Source: Eledone cirrhosa
Lineage: Eukaryota
Assembly: GCA_964016885.1 (NCBI GenBank)
Contig: OZ024743.1
Span: forward strand, 88,350,001-88,414,000
DNA: 64,000 bases
Direction: 5' to 3'
Both the position numbers and the translations under genes were made by a program. The notes beneath the pieces were generated by a model. That model worked only from the letters and a program-made list of their open reading frames with translations, did not search any database and was not told the origin of the DNA. Positions 1-11,558 of this stretch are shown here, piece by piece. Position 1 is the stretch's first letter. Each line of letters starts with the position of its first letter.

Positions 1-358
1 ATATATATATATACACAAAAATATAAATAAAAATAAAGATACATCCACATACACAAGCGTGCAAAAATACATATACACATACACATACACACGCTTACAC
101 ACGTAAGAAAATAAGCATACAACCAAATGAGCGTACAAACATAACCACATGCGTGCGCGCACTCGCACGTAAAGAACACATGCAGACAAAACCATACGTA
201 AGACTATACAGACAAAAAACAAAGGCCTATAACCACCGCATACACACAACTAAAAACGTAAACACACATAGAACCATATAAAAGTATAATATGAACATAA
301 ATAAACTCACACACATAAGTAAAAATACATACAAACACATACACACATATATATATAT

Positions 359-1545
359 ACTGGGAAATGGCCATGCTCAGTGTGTAGGAAAGGAGTAGGT
401 AGAAACTCCATTTTATGTCCCAAATGCAAAGTATGGGTACATAAAAGATGTAGTGGGATCACAGGTAAGCTAACTAAGAATATAGATTTTACATGTGGCC
501 GGTGCTCTGGTGCAATAAGTAGCAGCAAGTGCCCACAGAATACTAACTCATTCCATTGCACAGATGGTTCTATAGAAATAGTGGACAGCTTCCGTTACCT
601 GGGTGACAAAATCAGCAGTGGGGGAGGGTGCTCTGAAAGTACAGTAGCTAGAGTCAGAACGGGATGGAAAAAGTTCAGAGAGCTTATACCACTATTGGCC
701 ACTAAAGGGTTCGCTCTAAAAATGAAAGGCAGGCTGTATGATGCCTGCATACGAACAGCAATGTTACATGGCAGTGAGACCTGGGCATTGTGTTCAGAGG
801 ATATATGCAGACTGGAGAGAAATGAAGCTTGCATGCTCCGCTGGATGTGTAATAGTAATATACGTGAAAGGCAAAGCATAAACGTACTAAGGGAGAAATT
901 AGAAATAAGAGGGATCAGATGTTGTTTACTCGAGAGAAGACTACGTTGGTATGGTCACGTGATGTGCATGAAAGACGACAGCTGTATAAAAAAGTTCAGG
1001 GCAATAAAAATAGACGGTAGCCATGGAGTAGGCAGACCCAGAAAAACCTGGGATGACTTGATAAATTCCGACCTCACACACTTACACCTCTCCAAGACAA
1101 TGTCACTGGACCGAGAGCTTTGGCGCTACACAGTAATAGAGAAGACTCGCCTTACCTAAGTACAAAGTGAAACCTACAGTCAGTAGGCACCTCTAACAAA
1201 ATACACCCCCGTCCCACTACCCACACCCCATCCACATCACCCCTTTCAATGTAAAGTTATGTTGGTACCACAACATCCAGGCCAAAACAAATGAGGTCGT
1301 GTAGGTGTCACGACAAAAAAACACACAGTCCACGCTGTAATGTGGCCATGTAGGCAACATGGTAAAAACCTCCCAGCCCACACTGTAAACGTGGTTGGTG
1401 TTAGGAAGGGCATCCAGCCATAGAAAACCCGCCAGACAGTCCTATGCGAGCAAGACAACCACTCTTGCCTCAAGTGGGAAAACCCCCGTCCAGACCCATG
1501 CAAGTGTGGAATATGGACGTTAAACGATGATGATGATGATGATAC
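359..1545 (+). mobile_element. 5'-truncated RTE-clade LINE: PHD-like Cys/His finger, RT C-terminal region, 3' UTR and (GAT)n tail
   Basis: Open frame 359-1159: GKWPCSVC..CPKCKVWVHKRC..CGRC, then VDSFRYLGD, LYDACIRTAMLHGSETW, RLRWYGHV, GRPRKTW (RTE hallmarks). Ends ggacgttaaac(gat)n and starts abruptly at a (TA)n tract. Confidence 0.9.
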
Positions 1546-1576
1546 ACGCATATATACAAATACATACGCACGCATA

Positions 1577-2497
1577 TGTCTTAGTCTTAGTTCCTCCAGT
1601 CCCTTGTGGAACATTGGGCGACGAGCTTCCTCCACTTGATCCTGTCACTGGCGGCGCTTCTAGCACCTCTCCAGGTAATTCCCATCTCCCGCAGGTCCTC
1701 CCTGAATGTGCTCCGCCATGTTTTTCGTGGTCTTCCCCGTTCTCTCCTGCCACCCTCTGGTACCCAATCCATGGCAATATGAGCAGGTCGATCTGCCGGC
1801 AAACGAAGGATGTGGCATGCGAACCGCTGTCTCCTTTTCCAGACAATGTCCCTTAACCTCTCCAATCCTGACCGCCTCATCACTTCCTCGTTGCTAACTT
1901 GGTCTCTCCATGAAATTTTCAATATGGTCCGAATGCAACGACCGTGGAATACATCGAGCTTGTTACATACACTTTCCGTACTCTTCCATGTCTCACAGGC
2001 ATATATCGCTGTTGGTACTACAATGGACATGTAAACACGGAATTTGACGGGTGTTCGACAAGGCTGCATCCTTTCGCCTTTTTTTTCCTCATTGTTATCG
2101 ATTTCATCATGAAGAAGACAATGAGTGACCGTCGTTTTGGCATCAGTTGGGATGGAGGGAGATTAAGCGACCTGGACTTTGCCGATGACATCGCAGTGAT
2201 AGGCCATTCCCGAGAACACCTGCAAGAGATGACAAACGTTCTAAATGACAATGCAGAGAAAGTTGGCCTGCGCACCAGTTGTGAAAAAACCAAGACCATG
2301 TCGACAGGTGACCCTCCAAATCCTCTCATCATGGTTGGTCAGCGTAACATTGAATGTGTAAACCACTTCCAATACCTTGGCAGCAACATCTCTGACGATG
2401 GGGATGCTGAGGTGGATGTGCGCACAAGGCTGGGAAAAGCAGCAGCGGTCTTCCAGCGACTCCGTCCGGTATAGTCCAGGTGTTCCATCAGCAACAC
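1577..2497 (-). mobile_element. RTE-clade LINE fragment with inverted 5' part (pseudogenised RT)
   Basis: The minus segment 2048->1587 gives VKFRVY..AIYACETW..GRPRKTW and a (ctaaga)n tail. The plus segment 2049-2497 gives GVRQGC..DLDFADD..FQYLGS with a frameshift in a T-run and an in-frame TAG. Confidence 0.88.
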
Positions 2498-2539
2498 ATA
2501 TATATATACATATATATATCTACACATATATATATATAT

Positions 2540-2870
2540 GGAGGCACATGGCTTAGTGGTTAGAGCATTGGGCTTGCAATCGAAAGGTTGTGAGTTCAAT
2601 TCTCAGACCGGGTGATGTGTTGTTTCCTTGAGCAACACACTTTATTTCACATTGCTCCAGTTTACTCAGCTGTAGAAATGAGATGATAGGGACTGGGGTC
2701 CATATCATTCCACTGCAAAGTGGTCGTGTAGGTGCCACGGCAAAAAAGCACCCAGCACTCACTGTAAATGAGGTTGATGTTAGCAAGGGCATCCAGCTGT
2801 AGAAATCAAGCCAGAATCAGTTCCCGTCCCACCCTTGCAAGCAGGGAAAAGTGGACGTAAAATGAAATGA
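2540..2870 (+). mobile_element. tRNA-derived SINE with central conserved core and RTE-like 3' tail
   Basis: A box tggcttagtgg, B box gagttcaattc, core tccttgagcaacacactttatttcacattgctccag. The tail resembles 1295-1545. A near-identical antisense copy lies at 61418-61849. Confidence 0.85.
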
Positions 2871-3179
2871 TATATTTATATATATATATATATATATACA
2901 TACACACACACATATATACACTCACATACACACATATATATACACACACATACATACACACACACATACATATACACACACATATATATATATATATATA
3001 TACACATACATACACGCACACATACATACAAACACACATGTACAAAAGAATAATCAAAATACTATAAATGTAAGTACACATGAGTCTGTCTGCGAATGCG
3101 CCCACACACAGCCCTATGTGAGAACATAAAAACCTAGTGGGTAAGTGAGGACAAGAGGGGAGTAAAATTGAAATAATAA

Positions 3180-5460
3180 ACACAATTATTAAGAATAGGT
3201 AAGGGAGAAATGTATGCGATGAGATCTAGATAAGAGTATCTGGTTAAAGAGTGAACTGAGTAAAGGATAAAGGTGGTGGGTGTGTAAGTGTAAAGGGTAA
3301 TGTAGAAAGTAGGGGGGAATATAAGTCAACTTAAAAATTATTATAATAGGAAAAAATAATAAATAGGAGATGAGGGAGAAAAAGAATATATGGGTAAGGA
3401 ATGTGAGTTCAGAGAGTAATAATATTCGTAGTGAGTGGAAGGTGTAATGAGTAAAGAAGAAGCTCAAGGTGGTTGAGTCATCGTAGGAATGTCAATCCAG
3501 TTAAAAAGTAGATGCGATTTCAGATGTGGACAACATCTGAAGATCTCGGTCTTGGAGTTGCGGCAAGTGGAAGGGGCTTTCAAATTTTGGAGAATTCTAA
3601 ATTTTTCCGTGGTGCACAAAGAACATTTCTTTGTGCCCCTTTGGTATTCTCTTGAATGGTCTAAAATAGACCAATCAATAGTGTACGGAATGTTTTTGTC
3701 TTTGAATTCCCACACTTTATTCGCGAGGGCCATTGCTGTTCTTTTTTCAGGGTGTTTAAAAGAAGCGACATGTGCATAATACCTGGTTTTGAATCTGTCC
3801 TGAGTCATGCCCACATATTGTTCACTCCTAGCTGGCTGGTTATTAATCAACGGTGTCAATTTAGCCGCATACACAATGGATTTAGTATTACATTTAACCT
3901 GTAATGGGCATTCTTCCGGCTTCCTGCAACTGCATCCTGGGTTTACTCTCGTACGATTAGAGTTGGTAATTTTAGTCTTCATTGATGGACAAGAGTAACT
4001 GATTTTGACTACATTTCTATTAAATATCTTATATCTATGATTAAGGGGAAAATGTTTGTCTAGGAGGTCGAGGAATTTCCTTCCTACATTAGTTTTGACA
4101 GTTAGAGAGAAAGGGGGTGTAAACCAAATAATTTTTCTTTTCCTGTTATTGTGTTTAGTGTTAGAGGGAGGAGTAGGTAAATATTTAATATGTTCTGTGA
4201 AGCCGCTGTTATTGAGAGCCTTATAATAATGCCCTCAATGTCTAGAGACGAAGATAAGGTAAAAATCCTACGGCTAATGTTAGGAATAAGATTTTTAAAG
4301 ACTATAGGGGGATGGCAAGATGCTTTGTGTATATATCTTAGATTCTCATTAGGTTTATGATAAGGTTTAAAAGCGTCAATAAGTAGATCAAGATTAATAT
4401 CAAGAAAGTTAGTATTAGTAAGGTTCGTAACTATAGTAATTTTAAGGTTTAGGGTTAGCAAAGGTATTGATTAAATCTTTACGGAATTTATCAAGGTTAT
4501 GGCCATTGGTGGTATGAGAAACTGCCAAACCATCGTCACAGTATAAACCGATATTATGGCAAGGAAATTTCTCTTTAAGGGTGTGGAGAAGGAATAATCC
4601 TACTAAGTTGCATACATCAGCACTATCATATGAGCCCATCGCAACATCAAAAGAGTTTTCAGGGCTTGACTTTTTAACCCAAATACTTTCATTAGCAAAG
4701 AGTAGTGTTTTCCTAGCATGAAAGATAACGTCTTCTTCTAATTTAGAAATACTAATGAAAGGTCTTGCAAAATCTAAGGCTTTTGTTAATAAGGAAACAG
4801 TGATAGAGGGGTAAAAATCAACAATATCAAATTGGGTAAATCTACACTTATTTTTTCCTTGTATATTATTAAACCAAGAAATAACAGAGGATGTATTTAA
4901 CCATTGTGATAAGTCAGTCTTAGTTCTTATTTGGAGTATTATTTTTCTTAAGATTTTTTTACTTGCAAGGCCAACTTCAGATTTAGCAGGGTTAATTAGT
5001 CTACAGCTAGGTCGATTAGTAAAGTCTTATTTATGGACTTTAAGAGTAATATAAGCTTTACGTTTAGCTAGTCTTTCAATCCGGTTATCTATTTTTTAAA
5101 TACTAGCTAGGTCTTTAGCTTCTTTATTAATGGTATTGTAGGTATTATTGTTAGCTATTTGATATTTGGTGGTAATGCTATCTGTTAAAAGTTGGTTATA
5201 CAAAATATTATTTACTTCAAAGAGATTTTTAGTTTTATCAGAAAAAACAAAAGTGTTTGTAGAATGTTTAAAGTTAGAAATATCGTTAGAAAGTTTAGTT
5301 TGAAAGTTATTGTTGTACTTACGATATTTGATTTCACTAATTAAGTTAACAAGGTCTAATTCGAAGTTGGCCATGTCTTTAATTCTAGGTGGGTATTTGC
5401 GGGATTTAATGTCAAAACAATATATATTTATTTACTTTATACAACTTTGATATTTTTTCA
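3180..5460 (-). mobile_element. Degenerate Penelope-like element (RT + C-terminal GIY-YIG endonuclease)
   Basis: Collinear minus-strand ORF fragments: FVFSDKTKN; MGSYDSADVCNLVGL..GLYCDDGL; NFLDINLDL..PYHKPN..YIHKASCHP; IVYAA..QYVGMTQDRFKTRYYAH..CSLCTTEK. Several stops and frameshifts; boundaries approximate. Confidence 0.88.
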
Positions 5461-5629
5461 TTTTCAGATTTCTGTTCTCTGACTGTACCCGTTTGACAAG
5501 CGTTGGGGGTGAGAAGTCCCTAGCTGCCATGATTGGGACTCTTTGTGATGAAGCAGAGAGGTCCTATGGGGTAGTAGTAGCTCGACTATTCCGTATAGTC
5601 AAGACTCAGTCTTACAGTAAGTATAACGA

Positions 5630-6260
5630 GCCCATACCTCCACCCACTCTACTATTATTCCCCTCTTCAGCTAAAATACCAACACCTCCACCCAGCCCAT
5701 TTATTCCTCTCCTCAGCTAAAATACCCACATCACCACCCAGCCCATTTATGCCCCTCTTCAGCTAAAATACCCACATCTCCACCCAGCCCATTTATTCCC
5801 CTCCTCAGCTAAAATACCCACACCTCCACCCAGCCCATTTATGCCCCTCCTCAGCTAAAATACCCACACCTCCACCCAGCCCATTTATTCCCCTCCTCAG
5901 CTAAAATACCCACACCTCCACCCAGCCCATTTATTCCCCTCCTCAGCTAAAATACCCACACCTCCACCCAGCCCATTTATTCCCCTCCTCAGCTAAAATA
6001 CCCACACCTCCACCCAGCCCATTTATTCCCCTCTTCAGCTAAAATACCCACACCTCCACCCAGCCCATTTATGCCCCTCTTCAGCTAAAATACCCACACC
6101 TCCACCCAGCCCATTTATCCATACCACCACCTAGCCTACTATTATTACCCTCCTCAGCGATAAAATAAAGTACCAGTAATGTACTGGGTAATTGTGCCAA
6201 AAGTAGAAACAATTATTACCCTCCTCAGCAAATATACCCACACTGCCACCCAGCCCACTA
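5630..6260. repeat. ~46-bp minisatellite (ctcagctaaaatacccacacctccacccagcccatttattcccctc)
   Basis: About 10 near-identical tandem units with degenerate edges. Confidence 0.95.
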
Positions 6261-7049
6261 TTGATTTTCTTCAAACATCTACACTAGAGCACACTTGCCT
6301 ACCTAACACTTTATGAATCATGTCTGATGATCGTTAGCTAACCACTAAACCTTCCTTTTTCCTGAGTATATTTTATTCCTGATAAGATGATCAATTTGGT
6401 AGAGTCATTAGTGTTGGATATTTCTTCTGGATTTCTGTGCTCTCCGGACAAACTCTGCCAAGCTCCACTTTGTTTTCCACGATTTCAGGTTTAATAAGAA
6501 AAAAAAATAGAAAAAAGTACCATCCCCAGCCCTATCTCCCTCTAGATGTCATATCCCAGAAGTTCCATATGATCAAGGGCTGGAGGCTAAAGAGGGTGTG
6601 TGTGTCTGCCATCAACTACATGGGCATCTAAAACCCTTTATGAAAGCACGGTACATATTTCTTTTGCTAGTGCAGTTCTATCTCCTTCCAACTGTCACAT
6701 CCTGGATGGTCTGCTGGATCAAGATGGTGTCTATGTCTGCTCACAACAGCATGGGCACCCAAACTCCTTAACAAAAGCATGCTACATACTTACTAAGTCA
6801 TACTTGATGTCAAGTGACAGCTGTAGTTATCTATTCCTGGTGTTTTCCAGTTGCTACCAGTTCTCAATGTCTCAGTGGTACTCGGCCATGTTTCTGGTGT
6901 TATCATGTTTGGGTTTTTTGTTTTTGTTTTTCCTTCCTCTTCCCATCTCACCATTGTTCACTTTTGTTGTATTGGTTTTCCGTTCCATATTCCCTCCCTG
7001 TATGTCTGGATTGCTGATGTTGTTGCTATATCTTCTGTCGTTATATAAT

Positions 7050-7290
7050 AATGAAAATTATTGTGTATAGTACTCAGGTGCACTACGACTCATCAAAGGT
7101 GCATAGAATAATATACAAAAGTCAGGAAAGTGAACAGTATATGAGTCATGATATACATACACACACACATGCATGCATATATATGGAGAGGGAATATCAG
7201 GCGTAGTGTTGGCGAATTTCGGGAAACATGGAAGTTTTGAAGGATGCAGTGTCCCGACAGCTAACAACTGTTGCAGGTAGTTTATTCCAT
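7050..7290 (-). mobile_element. 3'-terminal fragment of a CR1-group LINE
   Basis: Minus strand reads WNKLPATVVSCRDTASFK* followed by a 3' UTR. The same sequence recurs at 19245-19898 and 49160-49245. Confidence 0.75.
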
Positions 7291-8531
7291 ATATATATAT
7301 ATATTTCTTTAGGGGGTGAGGTAATGTTTCTGTGGAATTGTTTGGTATTTGCCTTGAGTTCTTTCTTTTCTTGGAAGAAGTGGTTGCGTTGTTCAAAGTG
7401 TTTTATTTGGTATATTTTTTGTTGCTATGCTCTGCTTGAGTTTTACTTTTGCTTCGAAAGTGTCCTATTTGTATATCTATGTTATATATATTTTTTTTTT
7501 AGTTATTTGGATCCTTTTGGGTTTTTTTTTTCTTTTTCATGTTGGATCTCTCTTTTTCAAGTTCACAGTAAGAATGGTTTTTTTTTATTTTGTGTGCTAT
7601 ATTTTCTTTCCATTTTGTGGAATTGGGTACTGGGGATGGAGTTGGAGTTATATCTCTATGTTAGGAGCAAGCCAAGTCCCCCACCCTAGCTATCACTACT
7701 GCTATGGAATAGATAAGATCATTTAATCTGCCAATATTCAGGCAAGCAGTCTGTTGTATTGAGGATACATTTTTGCAGGGTTCTATTATATTTATTTATT
7801 CTTTCTGTAGCTTATTTTTTATTTCTCTGTAGTTCAAGAAGGTATTTTCACTGTTTCTTGTTTATTGATTTTGAGATATTCTTTTCTTCTACTTTCTTTA
7901 CTGTTTTAATCAGGTCCTCCTCAGTATTAATTGTAGTGGGTCTGTCGTGGTGTGTGGTTTTATTCTGCTTGTGAGGTTGATGGTATATGGTTATTGTGAC
8001 TCTATATTTCTGTGTTTCTATGGTCTTCATTTTTTTGTGTTTAGGTTTTTGTTTCTGTGTGTTTGTTTTTGCTTTGCTGCATTGTTTGTTTCTCACTCTC
8101 AGGTCCCAAATAATTAGCAGGGGGAGCTGGGTAATTTTTCTAGGTTGTCTTCCTTGGTTTTTTTAAAAAAACAGAATTAGTCGTTTAGTTTACATATTGA
8201 GACCAACCCATCCTATTTATTTTATTATGTATGGGATTTCTAGTAATGTTCTTTTTTGTCATGTATAGTGTTTTATAATGTCTAAAGAAAATTAATTGTC
8301 GCAGGAATGCTACCACTTAAAATAAAATTTCATCGGAGATAGATTAGCAAAACTTAATAAGTGTGGGTTGGAATAAGAACAGTAGGGGTGGAATATAAGC
8401 AGGGAAGTCTGAAAAATTAATAAGAAGAGTACATAACACGGAACCTAAAAATAGTGTCCTTCCAAATAATTAACTCTTAATAGACAAGCCCATCCCTTTA
8501 ATGTGAATTTCCAAAAGGAAAGCTAAATTAA

Positions 8532-8740
8532 CCCTTTAGCATTTAAATTGGTCATACCCAGCCAGAATTCTCTCACCTCTTTCTGTTCAAACTGGCAATA
8601 ACTGGCCACTCATACTGATGTTAAAGTATTGTTCTCAAAATAAATAACATCAAAATCTCGTAGAATTGATATTATGTGAGATAAAGCCTTTACCAAAAAA
8701 ATACAATAGTAAATATAGAGAAAATGTAAATGCTGAAGGG
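8532..8740. mobile_element. piggyBac-type MITE
   Basis: TTAA|ccctttagcattta ... taaatgctgaaggg|TTAA: terminal inverted repeats starting CCC with a TTAA duplication. Other copies at 11279-11558 and ~20504-20700. Confidence 0.85.
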
Positions 8741-9121
8741 TTAAAAGAAAGAAAATGCTGGATGACAGTAATCAGGTGTTATATATTCTACGAGGTAAAG
8801 CTCCACCTAAAACAGTTCTGTAGTAATTTCACTTTGGTTTGTGTTCCTCACATATTGTATGTGTGGTTGTGTATGCTGTGTTTCTTTCTGTATATTGGTC
8901 TTATGTGTCTTGGAAAAGGTATTTCTGTTGTGCTATTTTTGTTTGTTTTCTGGTGTGTTGGCTGTAATATTTTTTCTTGTGTTTCGGTTGTTTTTAATCC
9001 TATTTTAAAAACTGGGATATTTCTATCTGTATGTGTATATGTAAGTATACTTATATATATTAAATGAAAAAGCAATGTTGTCTCTGATCAAGACAAAGCG
9101 AGAGTGTATTTGAATACATAA

Positions 9122-9506
9122 AAAGTGAGAAAACTCATTGCTAGAACAGCCATTAAAACAGCTAAATGCTGTCAAAGACATTGTTGAGCAAAAGTGCCTC
9201 AGAGGACACAGATCAGCAGCCAGTGGTCAACAAAGTGACAATCAACAAGGTGGATGACAGGCAAATGAAATATAGAAAAGATTTGAAGATGAGGATGACA
9301 AGGAGAAGTGTGTTGCCTTACAAAAGTCTTTCTCCACTTTCAATTTTTTCTATAGTTCATCTGCCTGTCACCCACCTTGTGAATTGTCTCTCTTTTGACC
9401 ACTGGTTGCTGGTCTCTGTCTTCTGAGGCATTTTTGCCCAATGCTGTCTTTGACAGCATTTGGCTGTTTTAATTGCTTGTTCTAGCGATGAGATTCCTCA
9501 TTTTTT
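9122..9506. repeat. Long imperfect inverted repeat (~160-bp arms), possible old foldback/MITE
   Basis: ctagaacagccattaaaacagctaaatgctgtcaaagaca pairs with tgtctttgacagcatttggctgttttaattgcttgttctag, and pairing continues inward. Confidence 0.85.
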
Positions 9507-9590
9507 ATATATGTATATGCAATTGTTATGTGTGTAAATATGTCTATATTTTTCTTTATTTCTATTAATAATATTTTGTTTTGTTTGTAG

Positions 9591-10282
9591 AAAAAGGCAG
9601 AGGTAAATTCAAAACTGCCTGCTGTATCCCTTACTTTGTGATAGCGATGTTGATGTTTATCTGTTTCTGTATTGCTTTGTATCTGCTGGTGAAGAACGGC
9701 ACCAAAAACGCATCTGTTAATGCAGCAACAATCACTCTGTTCAGTATAGTTGCCTTGTCTTGCATTATGAACATTCACACCTGGGGACGTGCTCTGTTGT
9801 CATTGACCATCTCACAGAAGAAACGCATCCTTAAAGCTGCTGACCAGCTCGAACTGCTCAAGATGGATGGCTTTATGCAGAAACTGAAACATGAAGTCGA
9901 TCTCATGAGTAAAATGGCTCTTTGTTTAGATTCATTCACCGGAACTCAAACCAGACTTGTGGTTATCGTCGACGGCCTTGACAGCTGTGAGCAGGGCAAA
10001 GTATTGAGTGTGCTGGACACGGTCAAGACCTTGTTCTCCGACGACAACTCCCCATTCATCACCATTCTCGCTGTCGATCCCCACATCATCATAAAAGGAA
10101 TTGAGCAGAATCTTCGAGTGTCTGTTCTGGACTCCAATGTCCATGGTTATGACTACCTGAGAAATATTGTACATCTACCATTCTTCCTACAGAGCCAAGG
10201 GTTACGTGTCCAGAAAGGGGACTCGTTGGTTTTCAGCTCATTTAGTACAGCGGATTATTCAGACTCCCCAGGGAAAATTAAG
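9591..10282 (+). CDS. KIDINS220: KIDINS220/ARMS internal exon: transmembrane segments and KAP-family P-loop NTPase Walker B region
   Basis: ttgtag| acceptor, AAG|gtaatt donor. Peptide TRLVVIVDGLDSCEQGKVL..DPHIIIK..GYDYLRNIVHLPFFL matches KIDINS220. Upstream exons are not seen in this window. Confidence 0.95.
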
Positions 10283-10862
10283 GTAATTCTTCATTAGCTT
10301 TCATGCCTTCAGTTTTCCATGTTGGAGTGAGTGTGGTGTATGTGTGTGTGTGTGTGTCTTTGTTAGAGTGAGTGTGTGTGTTTGTCTGTGTTAGTGTGTG
10401 TGCGTGGAGAGATCATCATCTTCACACGGTGGAGACAATGGTCTTCTTCGTATTTCTGGTATTGTGCAGCAGGAAAGGGTGACATTTTCAGACCATTGCC
10501 TTTGCATGTAAAATAAAACTGTCTCCTTTGGAAACTAACAGCTGTCAAAAGCTAAAGAGGTCACAAGCTCTCCTCTCCAGATGTCAGCAGCTCTCCTCTC
10601 CAGATGTCAGCCAGAGACCAGAAACTCAATATGCCTGTCTTACAACAGGTTCCAATGTGACCTCATCATGGAGTTATTAACACTAGAAAAGTAAACTGTA
10701 ATTCATAAACATATGTCTGAATTTATAAACCTATCTAACCCATGCGTGGAAGATGGACATTAAACGAAGATGATGATGATGATGATACCCACTCTTGTTT
10801 TGTAGACCATTATCTAAAATATAAAAAAAAAAATTTGTTTTCACTCTAACATGGTAAATATC

Positions 10863-11019
10863 TAAATGTATTCGTGAGAAAATAATAATATAATATTAAT
10901 ATTCAGTTTGTTTGCAAGCAAACAACCTCACAGAACACATGATGTTAATGAGGCTGTTTGCTTGCAAACAAACCGAATATTAATATTATAATATTATTAT
11001 TCACTCACAAATACATTTA
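10863..11019. repeat. Intronic hairpin (~65-bp arms) ending about 35 nt before an exon
   Basis: aataataatataatattaatattcagtttgtttgcaagcaaaca pairs with tgtttgcttgcaaacaaaccgaatattaatattataatattatt. Confidence 0.85.
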
Positions 11020-11052
11020 TTTAAAATATAACCTTCTGTTTGTCTTCATCAG

Positions 11053-11227
11053 GAACCAGCGGAGTCTAAGCTGAAGAAAATCAAGCATTGGCGTACAGCC
11101 AGTCTTCAGCTGTCCAACACAACAACTTCAACCTTTGATCTTTCACATACTTTGGTTAAAAATGATTATTTCAGTGATATCAACCCTCGCAGTATGCGAC
11201 GTTTATTAAACATTGTTGCCGTTACAG
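11053..11227 (+). CDS. KIDINS220: KIDINS220 exon
   Basis: catcag|GAA ... ACAG|gtgagc, phase 0 in, phase 1 out. Reads ..FDLSHTLVKNDYFSDINPRSMRRLLNIVAVT. Not in the ORF track. Confidence 0.95.
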
Positions 11228-11278
11228 GTGAGCATATGTGATGATGTGATAGAAGGAATGAGGAATTAAGACCTTTAA

Positions 11279-11558
11279 CACTTCAGCATTTAAATCAGCT
11301 GTATCCATCCAGAATTCTCTCACCTCTTTCTGTTCAAACTAGCTGTAACCAACCACTCATACTGACGTTAAGGTATTGTTTTCAAAATAAATTACATCAA
11401 AATCTCGTGGACTCGATATTATGTGAGATAAAGCCTTTACCACAAAAATACAATAGTATATATAGAGTAATGTAAATGTTATGTGAGATATTATGTAAGA
11501 TAAAGCCTTTACCACAAAAATATAATAGTATATATAGAGTAATATAAATGCTAAAGGG
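11279..11558. mobile_element. piggyBac-type MITE, second copy with internal duplication
   Basis: TTAA flanks and the same body as 8532-8740. An internal ~70-bp segment is duplicated. Confidence 0.85.

Noticed and set aside
2540-2612. tRNA-like sequence
   Set aside because: It is a SINE head, continuous with the SINE core and tail, with no convincing acceptor stem.
2806-3183. Cys/Val/Tyr- and His/Thr-rich ORFs (also 51470-52345)
   Set aside because: Translations of (TA)n/(CA)n microsatellites.
5575-5615. Hairpin near the Penelope 5' end as a hammerhead
   Set aside because: The stem is present, but CTGANGA and GAAA cores are not matched on either strand.
7300-9075. Lys/Thr/Asn-rich minus-strand ORFs and hydrophobic plus-strand ORFs
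   Set aside because: T/G-skewed low-complexity DNA, possibly a decayed element. No recognisable motif, so not called.
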